Assembly: GCA_966193865.1 (NCBI GenBank)
Contig: CBIGXQ010000001.1
Location: 3,761 to 67,760 of the forward strand
Origin: an uncultured Sphingosinicella sp.
GTDB taxonomy: Bacteria > Pseudomonadota > Alphaproteobacteria > Sphingomonadales > Sphingomonadaceae
Direction of reading: 5' to 3'
Length of the DNA stretch: 64,000 nucleotides
Shown one piece after another: positions 19,002 through 29,141 of the stretch. The position numbers were made by a program, and so were the translations under genes. Under the pieces are notes generated by a model. That model saw only the letters and a list, made by a program, of their open reading frames with translations, did no database searches and was not told the DNA's origin. Within the stretch, counting starts at the first letter, position 1. Each line of letters begins with the position of its first letter.

Positions 19002-19848
19002 CCGGTCCAAAGCCCCGTCATCAGCACCGCCATCATTGCGACGACGACGGCGAGCAACCCGTCGAGACGATCGAGCACGCCGCCATGTCCGGGCAGGATT
19101 GTGCCGCTGTCCTTGACCCCTGCCCGCCTCTTCTCCCAGCTCTCGTAGAGATCGCCGGCCTGGGCGATGATCCCCATCGGCGCGCCCAGCCAGGCGAACG
19201 GCGAACCGAGGTCCAGCAGGTCGGCGGTCAGCCAGCCGAGCAGTGCGGCACCCGCCATTCCGCCGATCAGGCCGGCCCAGGTCTTGTTCGGGCTGATCCG
19301 GGGCGCGAGCTTCGGGCCTCCGATCGAGCGCCCCGCAAAATAAGCGAAGATGTCGGTCGACCAGGTCACGATGAAGACCCAGAAGACGATGGCGATATCG
19401 AGCCAGCCGAGCACGAGCAGGGCGAAGGCCGGAACCGCCAGATAGATGTAACCCCACGCCATGACGGGCCTTCGGCTGGCCAGGCCGAGGAGGAGGCCGA
19501 GCAGGACCGCGGCGCCGAAACCCCACCAGGCCGGGTCGAAGCTCTGCGGCAGCAAAGCGGCGGGATCGCCGCCCTCGCCAAGCGCCTGGGCCGTGCCCGC
19601 CGGATAGAGGAGCTCCGTTCCGACCAGCAGGTTGGCGGCGATGAGGAGCGCTCCCAGGCCGCTCCACAGCCGCGGCACCCGGTGCATGTCGCCCCATTCG
19701 ATCATCATCAGGACCGCGGCCAGAGTCGCCAGAGCCCGAAACGCCCAGCCGCCGAAATAGGTGGCGGCGCTTGCGACGACGATCATGACGACGCTGGCAG
19801 CGAAGCGGATCGGCAGATCCGATTTGCGGATGGGAGCTTCGGCGTCGC

Positions 19849-19852
<4 letters not shown>
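18998..19852 (-). CDS. cdsA: Phosphatidate cytidylyltransferase
   Basis: DIFAYFAG, SPNKTWAG, GDLYES and KDSGTILPGHGGVLDRLD motifs. Confidence 0.95.
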
Positions 19853-20597
<745 letters not shown>

Positions 20598-20601
<4 letters not shown>

Positions 20602-21155
20602 CGTTGCAGAATTTCCCTGTCCTTCGACGCAAGCACCTGATCGATGTCGGCAATCGTCTCGTCGGTCAGCTTCTGGACCTCGGTCTCGCTGCGCTTGCGT
20701 TCGTCCTCGCTGATCTCGTGCTTCTTCTCGTCCTGCTTGAGCGCGTCATTGCCGTCGCGGCGGACGTTGCGGACGGCGATCTTCGCCTTCTCGGCATATT
20801 GGTGAGCAAGCTTGGAAAGCTCCTTGCGCCTCTCCTCGGTCATGTCGGGGATCGGCAGTCGGATGTTCTGGCCGTCGACGACGGGATTGATCCCGAGATC
20901 GGCGTTCCGGATCGCCTTCTCGACGGGCCCGACATTGGACTTGTCCCAGACCTGCACGGACAACATTCGAGGCTCAGGGGCCGACACCGTCGCCACCTGG
21001 TTGAGCGGCATGTTCGAACCATAGACTTCGACATGGATCGGATCGAGCAGGGTCGTCGTCGCTCGGCCCGTCCTCAGGCCGCCAAGATCATGCTTCAGCG
21101 CCTCCACGGCGCCGTGCATCCGGCGCTGCAGATCGGCTTTGTCATAGGCTGGCAT
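20598..21155 (-). CDS. frr: Ribosome recycling factor
   Basis: [14 protein letters not shown] and AVRNVRRD motifs; ATG 21155 preceded by GAGGGAG. Confidence 0.97.
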
Positions 21156-21882
21156 GGCTCTCTCCCTCATTGAGAACGATCGTCGCGGTCCCCTCGCCGC
21201 CGAGCACACGGGCCAGATTGCCCTGCTCGCGGATGTTGAAGACGACGATCGGAATATTGTTGTCGCGGCAAAGGGCGACGGCGCTGGCGTCCATCACCTT
21301 GAGATCGTCCGCAAGGACCCGGTTGAAGCTGAGGCGGTCATATCTTTTCGCGCCCGCATTCTTCTTCGGATCCGAATCGTAGATGCCGTCGACGCTGGTG
21401 CCCTTGAACAAGGCGTCGCAGCCCATTTCCGCCGCTCGAAGCGCCGCTGCCGTGTCGGTGGTGAAGAAGGGGTTGCCGGTGCCGGCGGCGAAGATCACCA
21501 CCCGGCCCTTCTCCATGTGGCGGACCGCCCGGCGGCGGATATAGGGCTCGGAGACGGTCGCCATCGGGATCGCCGACTGAACCCTCGTGTCGACGCCGAT
21601 CTTCTCGAGCGCATTCTGAAGCGCGAGGGCGTTCATCACCGTCGCAAGCATGCCCATATAATCGGCGCTCGCGCGATCGAAGCCCTTGGCCGCGCCGGCC
21701 AGGCCGCGGAAGATGTTGCCGCCGCCGACGACGAGGCAGAGCTCGTGCCCGGCGTCGCGGGCGGCACGGATCTCGTCGGCGAGACGAGCGACGGTGGCTG
21801 GATCGATCCCGAACTGGCCTTCGCCCATCAGGGCTTCGCCGGACAGCTTCAGGAGGATTCGGTTGAAGCGCGGGCGCGGCAT
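21142..21882 (-). CDS. pyrH: Uridylate kinase
   Basis: [30 protein letters not shown] and GNPFFTTD motifs; start ATG 21882. Confidence 0.97.
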   Translation of the reverse strand: MPRPRFNRILLKLSGEALMGEGQFGIDPATVARLADEIRAARDAGHELCLVVGGGNIFRGLAGAAKGFDRASADYMGMLATVMNALALQNALEKIGVDTRVQSAIPMATVSEPYIRRRAVRHMEKGRVVIFAAGTGNPFFTTDTAAALRAAEMGCDALFKGTSVDGIYDSDPKKNAGAKRYDRLSFNRVLADDLKVMDASAVALCRDNNIPIVVFNIREQGNLARVLGGEGTATIVLNEGESHASL

Positions 21883-21930
21883 GGGGTTCGTCGGTCCGAT
21901 CTTCGTCTGCGGGGCGAGGTGGCGCACCTT

Positions 21931-21975
21931 AGGGTGTGTACTCGGCGCCTGCAACGGGCGCCGAGTAAACACCCT
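21931..21975. repeat. 19-bp inverted repeat (1 mismatch, 7-nt loop) between tsf and pyrH
   Basis: AGGGTGTGTACTCGGCGCC-tgcaacg-GGCGCCGAGTAAACACCCT, read directly from the sequence. Confidence 0.85.
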
Positions 21976-22038
21976 GGTGAGTATGAGCGACCCGGCCAGG
22001 CATCTTCCCCCCTTCTCTTAGGAAGCGGGGCTGGCCTT

Positions 22039-22983
22039 TCAGGCGACCGGCTCGACCTTGCCGACGCCGGAAGCGGCGGCGACTTCGGCGGCGAAATCGC
22101 TTTCCTTCTTCTCGATGCCTTCACCGAGCTGGAAGCGAACGAACGCGCTGATCGTGATCGTCGCGCCGGCCTGCTTGCCCGCGGCGGCGACGACGTCCTC
22201 GACCTTCGTCTTGTTGTCCATCACGAAGAGCTGCGACAGGAGCGCATTCTCCTTGCGGAACTTGGCGATCGCGCCTTCGACCATCTTTTCGACGATCGCG
22301 TCGGGCTTGCCCGATTCCTTTGCCTTCTCGGCGGCGATCGAACGCTCGCGCTCGATCGTCGCGGAATCGAGATCCTCGCCGGTCAGCGCCTGCGGGTTGG
22401 CCGCGGCGATGTGCATCGCCAGCTGCTTGCCGAGGGACTCGAGGGCGCCCTTGTCGGCCGCGCTTTCGAGGGCGACGAGAACGCCGATCTTGCCGAGCCC
22501 CGGGGCCACGCTGTTGTGGACGTAGGAAACGACCACCCCGTCATTGACCTGAAGGACGGCGGTTCGGCGCAAGGACTGGTTCTCGCCGATCGTCGCGACG
22601 TTGCTGGTCAGCTTCTCCTGGACGGTGCCGCCCGCCGGCCAGCTGGCCGAGAGCAGATTCTCGACATTGCCACTGCCCTGGAGGGCGAGATCAGCAACGG
22701 TCCGGACGAATTCCTGGAACTGTTCGTTCTTGGCGACGAAGTCCGTTTCCGAATTGACCTCGACGACCGCGCCGCGGTTGCCGGCCACGGCGACTCCGAC
22801 AAGGCCCTCGGCCGCGGTCCGGCCAGCCTTCTTGGCGGCGGCGGCGAGACCCTTGGTACGAAGCCAGTCGATCGCCGCTTCCATGTCGCCCTGGGTCTCG
22901 CCCAGTGCCTTCTTGCAATCCATCATTCCCGCGCCGGTGCGCTCGCGCAGCTCCTTGACGGCGGCGGCCGTGATCTCAGCCAT
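22039..22983 (-). CDS. tsf: Elongation factor Ts
   Basis: [31 protein letters not shown] and [10 protein letters not shown] motifs; ATG 22983. Confidence 0.98.
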   Translation of the reverse strand: MAEITAAAVKELRERTGAGMMDCKKALGETQGDMEAAIDWLRTKGLAAAAKKAGRTAAEGLVGVAVAGNRGAVVEVNSETDFVAKNEQFQEFVRTVADLALQGSGNVENLLSASWPAGGTVQEKLTSNVATIGENQSLRRTAVLQVNDGVVVSYVHNSVAPGLGKIGVLVALESAADKGALESLGKQLAMHIAAANPQALTGEDLDSATIERERSIAAEKAKESGKPDAIVEKMVEGAIAKFRKENALLSQLFVMDNKTKVEDVVAAAGKQAGATITISAFVRFQLGEGIEKKESDFAAEVAAASGVGKVEPVA

Positions 22984-23014
22984 GTCTCTTGTCCTTCTTT
23001 TCGATTCCAAAATG

Positions 23015-23084
23015 GTTCGCCCTGAGCCTGTCGAAGGGCTTCCTTTCAGAACATAGAAAGGGCTTCGAAGGGCTCAGGCCGAAC
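23015..23084. repeat. REP-like palindromic intergenic element
   Basis: GTTCGCCCTGAGCCTGTCGAAG ... CTTCGAAGGGCTCAGGCCGAAC imperfect inverted repeat, with an inner CCTTTC/GAAAGG stem. Confidence 0.7.
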
Positions 23085-23111
23085 GGGAGAGGCGATGCCC
23101 CTCCCGGATGA

Positions 23112-23870
23112 TCAAGCTTCGGCCAGCGCCTGCTCGGCCGGCGGCTCATCCATGGCGCCGATGTCGACGCCGCGGGCGGACGCGCCGCCCTGTTTGCCGG
23201 CGAGAACCGAATCGGCGATCGCGTCGCAATAGAGGCGGATGGCGCGGCTCGCATCGTCATTGCCCGGAACCGGGAAGGCGATGCCCTGCGGGCTGACGTT
23301 GGTGTCGAGTACGGCAATGACCGGGATGCCAAGGACATTGGCTTCCTTGACGGCCAGCTCTTCCTTGTTGGCGTCGATGATGAAGATGACGTCCGGAAGC
23401 CCGCCCATGTCGCGAATTCCGCCAAGCGACAGCTCGAGCTTGTCGCGCTCGCGGGTCAGCTGAAGGACTTCCTTCTTGGTGAGCCCGGCGGTGTCGCCCG
23501 AAAGCTGCTCCTCGAGGCTCTTGAAGCGCTTGATCGAGTTGGAGATCGTCTTCCAGTTGGTGAGCATTCCGCCCAGCCAGCGATGGTTGACGAAATGCTG
23601 ACCGGAGCGGCGGGCCGCTTCGGCGATCGGATCCTGCGCCTGGCGCTTGGTGCCGACGAACAGCACCTTGCCGCCGGCGGCGACCGACTGGCGGACGAAG
23701 TCGAGCGCCCGAGCGAACAGGGGCACGGTCTGCGACAGGTCGATGATGTGGACGCCGTTCCGCTCGCCGAAAATATACGGCTTCATCTTCGGATTCCAGC
23801 GGTGGGTCTGGTGGCCGAAATGCGCTCCGGCCTCGAGCAATTGCTGCATGGTGACGTCGGGTGACGCCAT
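23112..23870 (-). CDS. rpsB: 30S ribosomal protein S2
   Basis: [28 protein letters not shown] and PGNDDA motifs. Confidence 0.98.
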   Translation of the reverse strand: MASPDVTMQQLLEAGAHFGHQTHRWNPKMKPYIFGERNGVHIIDLSQTVPLFARALDFVRQSVAAGGKVLFVGTKRQAQDPIAEAARRSGQHFVNHRWLGGMLTNWKTISNSIKRFKSLEEQLSGDTAGLTKKEVLQLTRERDKLELSLGGIRDMGGLPDVIFIIDANKEELAVKEANVLGIPVIAVLDTNVSPQGIAFPVPGNDDASRAIRLYCDAIADSVLAGKQGGASARGVDIGAMDEPPAEQALAEA

Positions 23871-23879
23871 GATCTTTCT

Positions 23880-23960
23880 CCTTCCGGTTCTACCTCTGCG
23901 GCGCCGAATGATCCCGGATCAGATCCGAGACACCGGTATGATGGCATCCGCATGTGGAAT
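23880..23960 (-). promoter_or_regulatory. rpsB 5' leader (S2 autoregulatory / t44-like RNA element)
   Basis: Minus strand reads CCACATGCGG...CCGGTGTC...GGCGCCGCAGAGGTAGAACC, matching my recollection of the conserved rpsB leader layout, at the expected position. Confidence 0.6.
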
Positions 23961-24140
23961 GGCCGCGCACTTAAGGGGATGGGGCTCGGAAATCAACCCG
24001 CCCGCTTCCTCGCGAGGCCGGTGGCCGGCGCCCGCAGGTCCATCGCCCCTTCCGACGAGGAAACCGCTGCGCCTACATGCTTCTTCGTCAGCGTGGTGCA
24101 AACCCTGTCCGCCCGATCGTTACGCCGGCGCTTGACATTA

Positions 24141-24155
24141 GAACAGAACAAGAAC
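24141..24155 (+). promoter_or_regulatory. LexA (SOS) box in the spacer of a TTGACA promoter
   Basis: GAAC-AGAACAA-GAAC is a perfect alphaproteobacterial GAAC-N7-GAAC; TTGACA at 24132-24137. Confidence 0.8.
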
Positions 24156-24232
24156 ATACCAACGCTTCAACGCGGTTGCGGAGCCATTTCGCCACTGCAT
24201 CGTTCCCACCTCTCGAACAAAAGGGGAAAGCC

Positions 24233-24412
24233 GTGGCTCACCTTGCTTCGATCCTTTTCTTCTCCGGCCTTCTGGTCGCGCTCGGCCTGACCCTCGAGCT
24301 CACGATAAAGGCATCTCGGGCGGAGATCGTCGCGGCTTTTCGCGGCTTGCCGTTGCCGGCGACGGCGAAGTCGCCGGCGCCAGTGGCGTGGCGCTCGCGC
24401 GCTGCCGCTTGA
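24233..24412 (+). CDS. Small (59 aa) predicted membrane protein, putatively SOS-regulated
   Basis: Purine-rich SD-like AAGGGGA, then GTG 24233; [38 protein letters not shown]...WRSRAAA; hydrophobic N-terminal helix; own promoter and LexA box upstream. Confidence 0.65.
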   Translation: MAHLASILFFSGLLVALGLTLELTIKASRAEIVAAFRGLPLPATAKSPAPVAWRSRAAA

Positions 24413-25157
24413 TCCTGGCATAGCTCATGACGCTGAAGGGGATCATGGCCAGGTAAGCGATTCCGCAGACCGTCAGGGTCTGCCATGGGACGGAAACGAG
24501 CGCGCCACCCAGCAAGGCTATGACGACGATGGCCTCCAGCCGGACCTTGCGGCGGAGGCGAAGCGAACCCCAGGAAAAGGTCGCCAGGCTGGAGATGGCA
24601 AGGAAGGCCACAAAGGCTGCCCACGGGGCGACGATCCGATAGTCTGCAAGCCAGGTCCATTGGCGCTCGCTGGCCAACCACACGATGATCGGCAGCAACA
24701 ATAGCCCCGCGCCCGCCGGCGCAGGCACTCCGGTGTTGAAGCCGGCCGATTTGTGCGGCTGGTCCTCGACGTCGATCCTGGCGTTGAAGCGGGCGAGTCG
24801 CAACGCCATGCATGCCGCATAAGCGAGCGCGAAGACCCACCCCCAGCTCGGCAGATTCTGAAGTGACCAGAGGTGAAGAATGATGGCGGGCGACGCGCCG
24901 AACGCAATCACATCCGACAATGAATCGAGTTCTGCACCGAAGCGCGTCTGGCCTTTGAGCGCTCGGGCAATCCGTCCATCCATCCCGTCGAGCACCGCCG
25001 CCAGCACGATCATGGCGACGGCGAGGTCCCATTCCTCGGCGATGGCGAAACGGACTCCGGTCAGGCCGACGCACAAGGCGAGCGCGGTGACGGCGTTGGG
25101 CACGACCGCCCGAAGTGGAATGCCCCGTCTTTCCCGCACGCGCGGTTCGGGACTCAC
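24300..25157 (-). CDS. pssA: CDP-diacylglycerol--serine O-phosphatidyltransferase
   Basis: [14 protein letters not shown]...[13 protein letters not shown]-alcohol phosphotransferase motif, LRLARFN; coupled to psd. Confidence 0.93.
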   Translation of the reverse strand: MSPEPRVRERRGIPLRAVVPNAVTALALCVGLTGVRFAIAEEWDLAVAMIVLAAVLDGMDGRIARALKGQTRFGAELDSLSDVIAFGASPAIILHLWSLQNLPSWGWVFALAYAACMALRLARFNARIDVEDQPHKSAGFNTGVPAPAGAGLLLLPIIVWLASERQWTWLADYRIVAPWAAFVAFLAISSLATFSWGSLRLRRKVRLEAIVVIALLGGALVSVPWQTLTVCGIAYLAMIPFSVMSYARIKRQRASATPLAPATSPSPATASREKPRRSPPEMPLS

Positions 25158-25891
25158 TGGGCCAGGCCCTCGATCAGTTCGGATAGGCCCGTCTTGGCAA
25201 TGATGGTCTCGCCGGCGACCGTTCGCTGACCGAGCAGGACCTGCGAGGAGGTCCCGGCGGGCAGATAGACGTCCACCCGGCTGCCGAACCGGATCAGCCC
25301 GACCCGCTGGCCGGCGACGAGCCGGTCGCCGACCTTGATCCAGGGCACGATCCGGCGGGCGACGAGGCCGGCGATCTGGGTGAAGGCGACCTTCGTGCCG
25401 TTGTCGCCCTCGACGAGGATATGCTGCCGTTCATTGTCCTCGCTCGCCTTGTCGAGATCGGCGTTGAGGAACTTGCCGGCAATGTAGTGAACCCGACGGA
25501 CCGTCCCTGGGATCGGGGTCCGGTTGATGTGCACGTCGAAGACGCTCATGAAGATCGAGACCCGGATCAGCGGCTCGTCGGCGAGCCCGTCGGGACCGAC
25601 CAGCTCGCTCGGCGGCGGCACCGTGGTGATCATCGTCACCATCCCGTCGGCCGGGGCGATGATCAGCCCCTCGCCCGTCGGCGTCGTCCGGATCGGGTCG
25701 CGGAAGAAGGCCGCGATCCAGGCGGCGAGCCCGATGCTCAGCCAGCCGAGCCAGTCCCAGTCGATCACCCACCAGAACAGGAGGGCGATCGCAACGGCGA
25801 TGACGACGAACTTGCGTCCTTCCGGATGCACGCTCGGCATTCGATAGCGGACGGTCGTGGTGACCAGATCGGATTTTTCGAGCGAGGACAT
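25154..25891 (-). CDS. psd: Phosphatidylserine decarboxylase proenzyme
   Basis: [22 protein letters not shown] and RFGSRVD (GS self-cleavage site). Confidence 0.95.
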   Translation of the reverse strand: MSSLEKSDLVTTTVRYRMPSVHPEGRKFVVIAVAIALLFWWVIDWDWLGWLSIGLAAWIAAFFRDPIRTTPTGEGLIIAPADGMVTMITTVPPPSELVGPDGLADEPLIRVSIFMSVFDVHINRTPIPGTVRRVHYIAGKFLNADLDKASEDNERQHILVEGDNGTKVAFTQIAGLVARRIVPWIKVGDRLVAGQRVGLIRFGSRVDVYLPAGTSSQVLLGQRTVAGETIIAKTGLSELIEGLAQ

Positions 25892-26014
25892 TCGCCGTCT
25901 TTAGGCGGTGAGCCGAGGGGAGACAACAAGCGCCGCGCTTGGTTGATCAGCGGCCCCGCTCCGCCTACACGGCCCCGCAAAGCAGAGTGCAAAACAGGGA
26001 AAAGCGACCGCCTC

Positions 26015-27244
26015 ATGGCCAAGATCAAGGTGAAGAACCCCGTCGTCGAGCTCGACGGCGACGAGATGACCCGCATCATCTGGCAATGGATCCGCGAACG
26101 GCTGATCCTGCCCTATCTGGATGTCGAACTGCTCTATTACGATCTGGGCATCGAGAAGCGCGACGAGACCGAAGACCGGATCACGGTCGAGGCAGCCGAG
26201 GCGATCAAGAAGCACGGCGTCGGAGTCAAATGCGCCACGATCACGCCCGACGAGGCGAGGGTCGAGGAGTTCGGCCTGAAGAAGATGTGGAAATCGCCGA
26301 ACGGGACGATCCGCAACATCCTCGGCGGTGTCGTCTTCCGCGAGCCGATCGTCATCGAGAACGTGCCTCGGCTGATCCCCGGCTGGACCGACCCGATCGT
26401 CGTCGGCCGCCACGCCTTCGGCGACCAGTATAAGGCGACCGATTTCCGGGTCCCCGGACCGGGCAAGCTCACCATCAAATGGACCGGCGAGAATGGCGAG
26501 GAGATCGAACATGAAGTGTTCGATTTCCCGGCCGCCGGAGTGGCGATGGGGATGTACAATCTCGACGAGTCGATCCGCGATTTCGCCCGCGCCTGCTTCA
26601 ATTACGGGCTCAACCGGCAATGGCCGGTCTATCTGTCGACCAAGAACACCATCCTCAAGGCCTATGACGGCCGCTTCAAGGATCTTTTCGAGGAAATCTT
26701 CACCAGCGAATTCAAGGCGAAGTTCGATAAGGTTGGAATCGAATATCAGCATCGCCTGATCGACGACATGGTCGCGAGCGCGCTCAAGTGGAGTGGAAAG
26801 TTCGTCTGGGCCTGCAAGAATTATGACGGCGACGTCCAGTCGGACCAGGTCGCTCAGGGCTTCGGGTCGCTCGGCCTGATGACCTCGATCCTGATGACCC
26901 CGGACGGCAAGACGGTCGAAGCCGAGGCCGCCCACGGCACCGTCACCCGCCACTTCCGGATGCACGAGCAGGGCAAGGCGACCTCGACCAACCCGATCGC
27001 CTCGATCTTCGCCTGGACGGGCGGCCTGAAATATCGCGGCAAGTTCGATGACACGCCCGAAGTCACCCGTTTCGCCGAGACTCTCGAGCGGGTCTGCATC
27101 GAGACCGTCGAGCAGGGCAAGATGACGAAGGATCTGGCCATCCTGATCGGTCCTGAACAGAGCTGGATGACGACAGAACAGTTCTTCGAGGCGATCCGGG
27201 CCAATCTCGAGAAGGCCATGGCCGAGGAAGTTCAGACCGCCTGA
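26015..27244 (+). CDS. icd: NADP-dependent isocitrate dehydrogenase
   Basis: [30 protein letters not shown] and [10 protein letters not shown] motifs; ATG 26015; promoter-like TTGATC-N17-TACACG at 25943-25971. Confidence 0.97.
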   Translation: MAKIKVKNPVVELDGDEMTRIIWQWIRERLILPYLDVELLYYDLGIEKRDETEDRITVEAAEAIKKHGVGVKCATITPDEARVEEFGLKKMWKSPNGTIRNILGGVVFREPIVIENVPRLIPGWTDPIVVGRHAFGDQYKATDFRVPGPGKLTIKWTGENGEEIEHEVFDFPAAGVAMGMYNLDESIRDFARACFNYGLNRQWPVYLSTKNTILKAYDGRFKDLFEEIFTSEFKAKFDKVGIEYQHRLIDDMVASALKWSGKFVWACKNYDGDVQSDQVAQGFGSLGLMTSILMTPDGKTVEAEAAHGTVTRHFRMHEQGKATSTNPIASIFAWTGGLKYRGKFDDTPEVTRFAETLERVCIETVEQGKMTKDLAILIGPEQSWMTTEQFFEAIRANLEKAMAEEVQTA

Positions 27245-27301
27245 CCGGCGAATCGGCGGCTGGTAGCTGACAAAGCGGCCTCGGGCTGCATAAAGGAGAA
27301 G

Positions 27302-29095
27302 ATGCACCCGGCGCCCGGCGATTTCGGCACTTCAGGTCTCAGCGATGCGCTCGTCATCCTGGGCGCGGCGGGGATCGTCATCCCCGCCTTCGCCCGATTC
27401 AGGATCAGCCCCGTCATCGGCTTCATCCTGATCGGGCTGCTCGTCGGCCCGGCCGGCCTGGGATCACTCTCGGGCCAATATCCGTGGCTCAACTACGTCA
27501 CCATCTCAAATCGCGAATCGATCGAGCCGTTCGCCGAGTTCGGAATCATCCTCCTGCTCTTCTCGATCGGGCTGGAGCTTTCGTTCAAGCGGCTCTGGGG
27601 CATGCGCCGGCTCGTCTTCGGAGTCGGCGCCGCCGAGCTTCTGATCGGCGCGGCCTTCATCGGCCTGGCGCTCTACCTGATCGGCACCGGCCCGAGCGCA
27701 TCGGTCGCACTCGGTCTGGCCCTGGCCTTGTCCTCGACGGCGCTGGTGCTGCCGCTGACCAACGCCGCCACCGCGGTCGGCCGATCGGCGCTGGCCATGC
27801 TGCTTTTCGAGGATCTGGCGATCGTCCCGATCATCTTCGCGCTCGGCGCCCTCTCGCCCCATGTCGGCCTCGCCGGCCTCACCAACATGATGAACGTGCT
27901 GCTCGCCGGGGCCGCCGTCGTTGCCGCGATGCTCATCCTCGGCCGGCTCTTCCTGCCTCGCCTCTTTGCCCAGGCGGCTCGGACGAAAAGCCCCGAACTC
28001 TTCCTCGCCGCCAGCCTGCTCGTCGTGATCGTCGCCAGCCTCGCCACCGCCGCCGTCGGCCTCTCGCCGATCGTCGGCGCGATCATCGCCGGAATCCTCA
28101 TCGCGGAAACCGATTATCATGACCAGGTCGAAGTGATCACCGCGCCGTTCCGCGGTCTCGCCCTCGGCGTCTTCCTGATCACCGTCGGGATGAGCGTGGA
28201 TTTCAGGGTCATCTTCGACAATTGGACGGCGCTGCTCGCGGCGGTGCTGGGCGTGCTCGCAATCAAGGCCGCCGTCACCGCTTCTTTGCTTCGGCTTTCC
28301 GGCGCCACCCCCGCGGTCGCGGCCGAGACGGGGGTGGTCATGGCGTCGCCGTCGGAGACGACCCTGATCGTCCTTGCCGCCGCTTCGGCCGCCGGCCTGA
28401 TCACGAGGGAAACCGCGGCGTTCTGGCAGATCGTCACAGCGATCGGACTGACGGTCACGCCGCTGCTTGCGAAGCTCGGCCAGCTTGCGGCCCGAGGCGT
28501 ACGAGCGCCTTCTGAGCCCGATGTGCCGCTGCCCGGGCCCGACGACGACTCGCCGCCGGTGATCATCATCGGCTACGGCCGGGTCGGGCGGCTCGTCGCG
28601 GAAATGCTGAAGACTCACAATCGCCGTTTCCTGGCGGTCGATTCGGATGTCGACGCCGTGGCCGCAGCGCGGCGCGAAGGCGATCCGATCATCTTCGGCG
28701 ACGTCGCACGGCCCGAACTGGTCGATCGCCTCAATCTCGCCCATGCCGAGGCGCTCGTCCTGACGATGGACGATCCGGTACTGACCGTTCGCCTCACCAA
28801 ACGGGTCAGGGCGTCCTCCGCCAACCTCACCATCGTCGCTCGCGCCCGCGACCCATCGCATGCGGCGGAGCTTTACAGAGCCGGAGCGACCGACGCCGTT
28901 CCGGAGACGATCGAATCCTCGCTCCAGCTTTCCGAGGCGGTGCTGGTCGATCTCGGGATGGCGATGGGCCCGGTGATCGCTTCCATCCACGAGAAGAGGA
29001 GTGAGCTTCGAAAGCAGATCATGGAGCTCGGAATGCTGCCCAAGGAGCCGCCGCAACGCGGCCGACGCCTTCGGGACGCGCTCACCCCCCAATAG
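27302..29095 (+). CDS. CPA2 cation:proton antiporter with KTN/RCK domain (KefB/KefC-like)
   Basis: AEFGIILLLFSIGLELS, ALSSTA, LLFED and FLITVGM motifs; C-terminal IIGYGRVG Rossmann fold. Confidence 0.9.
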   Translation: MHPAPGDFGTSGLSDALVILGAAGIVIPAFARFRISPVIGFILIGLLVGPAGLGSLSGQYPWLNYVTISNRESIEPFAEFGIILLLFSIGLELSFKRLWGMRRLVFGVGAAELLIGAAFIGLALYLIGTGPSASVALGLALALSSTALVLPLTNAATAVGRSALAMLLFEDLAIVPIIFALGALSPHVGLAGLTNMMNVLLAGAAVVAAMLILGRLFLPRLFAQAARTKSPELFLAASLLVVIVASLATAAVGLSPIVGAIIAGILIAETDYHDQVEVITAPFRGLALGVFLITVGMSVDFRVIFDNWTALLAAVLGVLAIKAAVTASLLRLSGATPAVAAETGVVMASPSETTLIVLAAASAAGLITRETAAFWQIVTAIGLTVTPLLAKLGQLAARGVRAPSEPDVPLPGPDDDSPPVIIIGYGRVGRLVAEMLKTHNRRFLAVDSDVDAVAAARREGDPIIFGDVARPELVDRLNLAHAEALVLTMDDPVLTVRLTKRVRASSANLTIVARARDPSHAAELYRAGATDAVPETIESSLQLSEAVLVDLGMAMGPVIASIHEKRSELRKQIMELGMLPKEPPQRGRRLRDALTPQ

Positions 29096-29126
29096 CCACT
29101 GGTCTCCACCGGCTCAGGCTGATATC

Positions 29127-29141
29127 GTTCCATCTTTGTTC
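29127..29141 (+). promoter_or_regulatory. LexA (SOS) box overlapping the -10/TSS of the DUF763-like gene
   Basis: GTTC-CATCTTT-GTTC is a perfect GTTC-N7-GTTC; overlaps TGGTCT(29100)-N17-TATCGT(29123); SD AAGGAG follows immediately. Confidence 0.8.
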
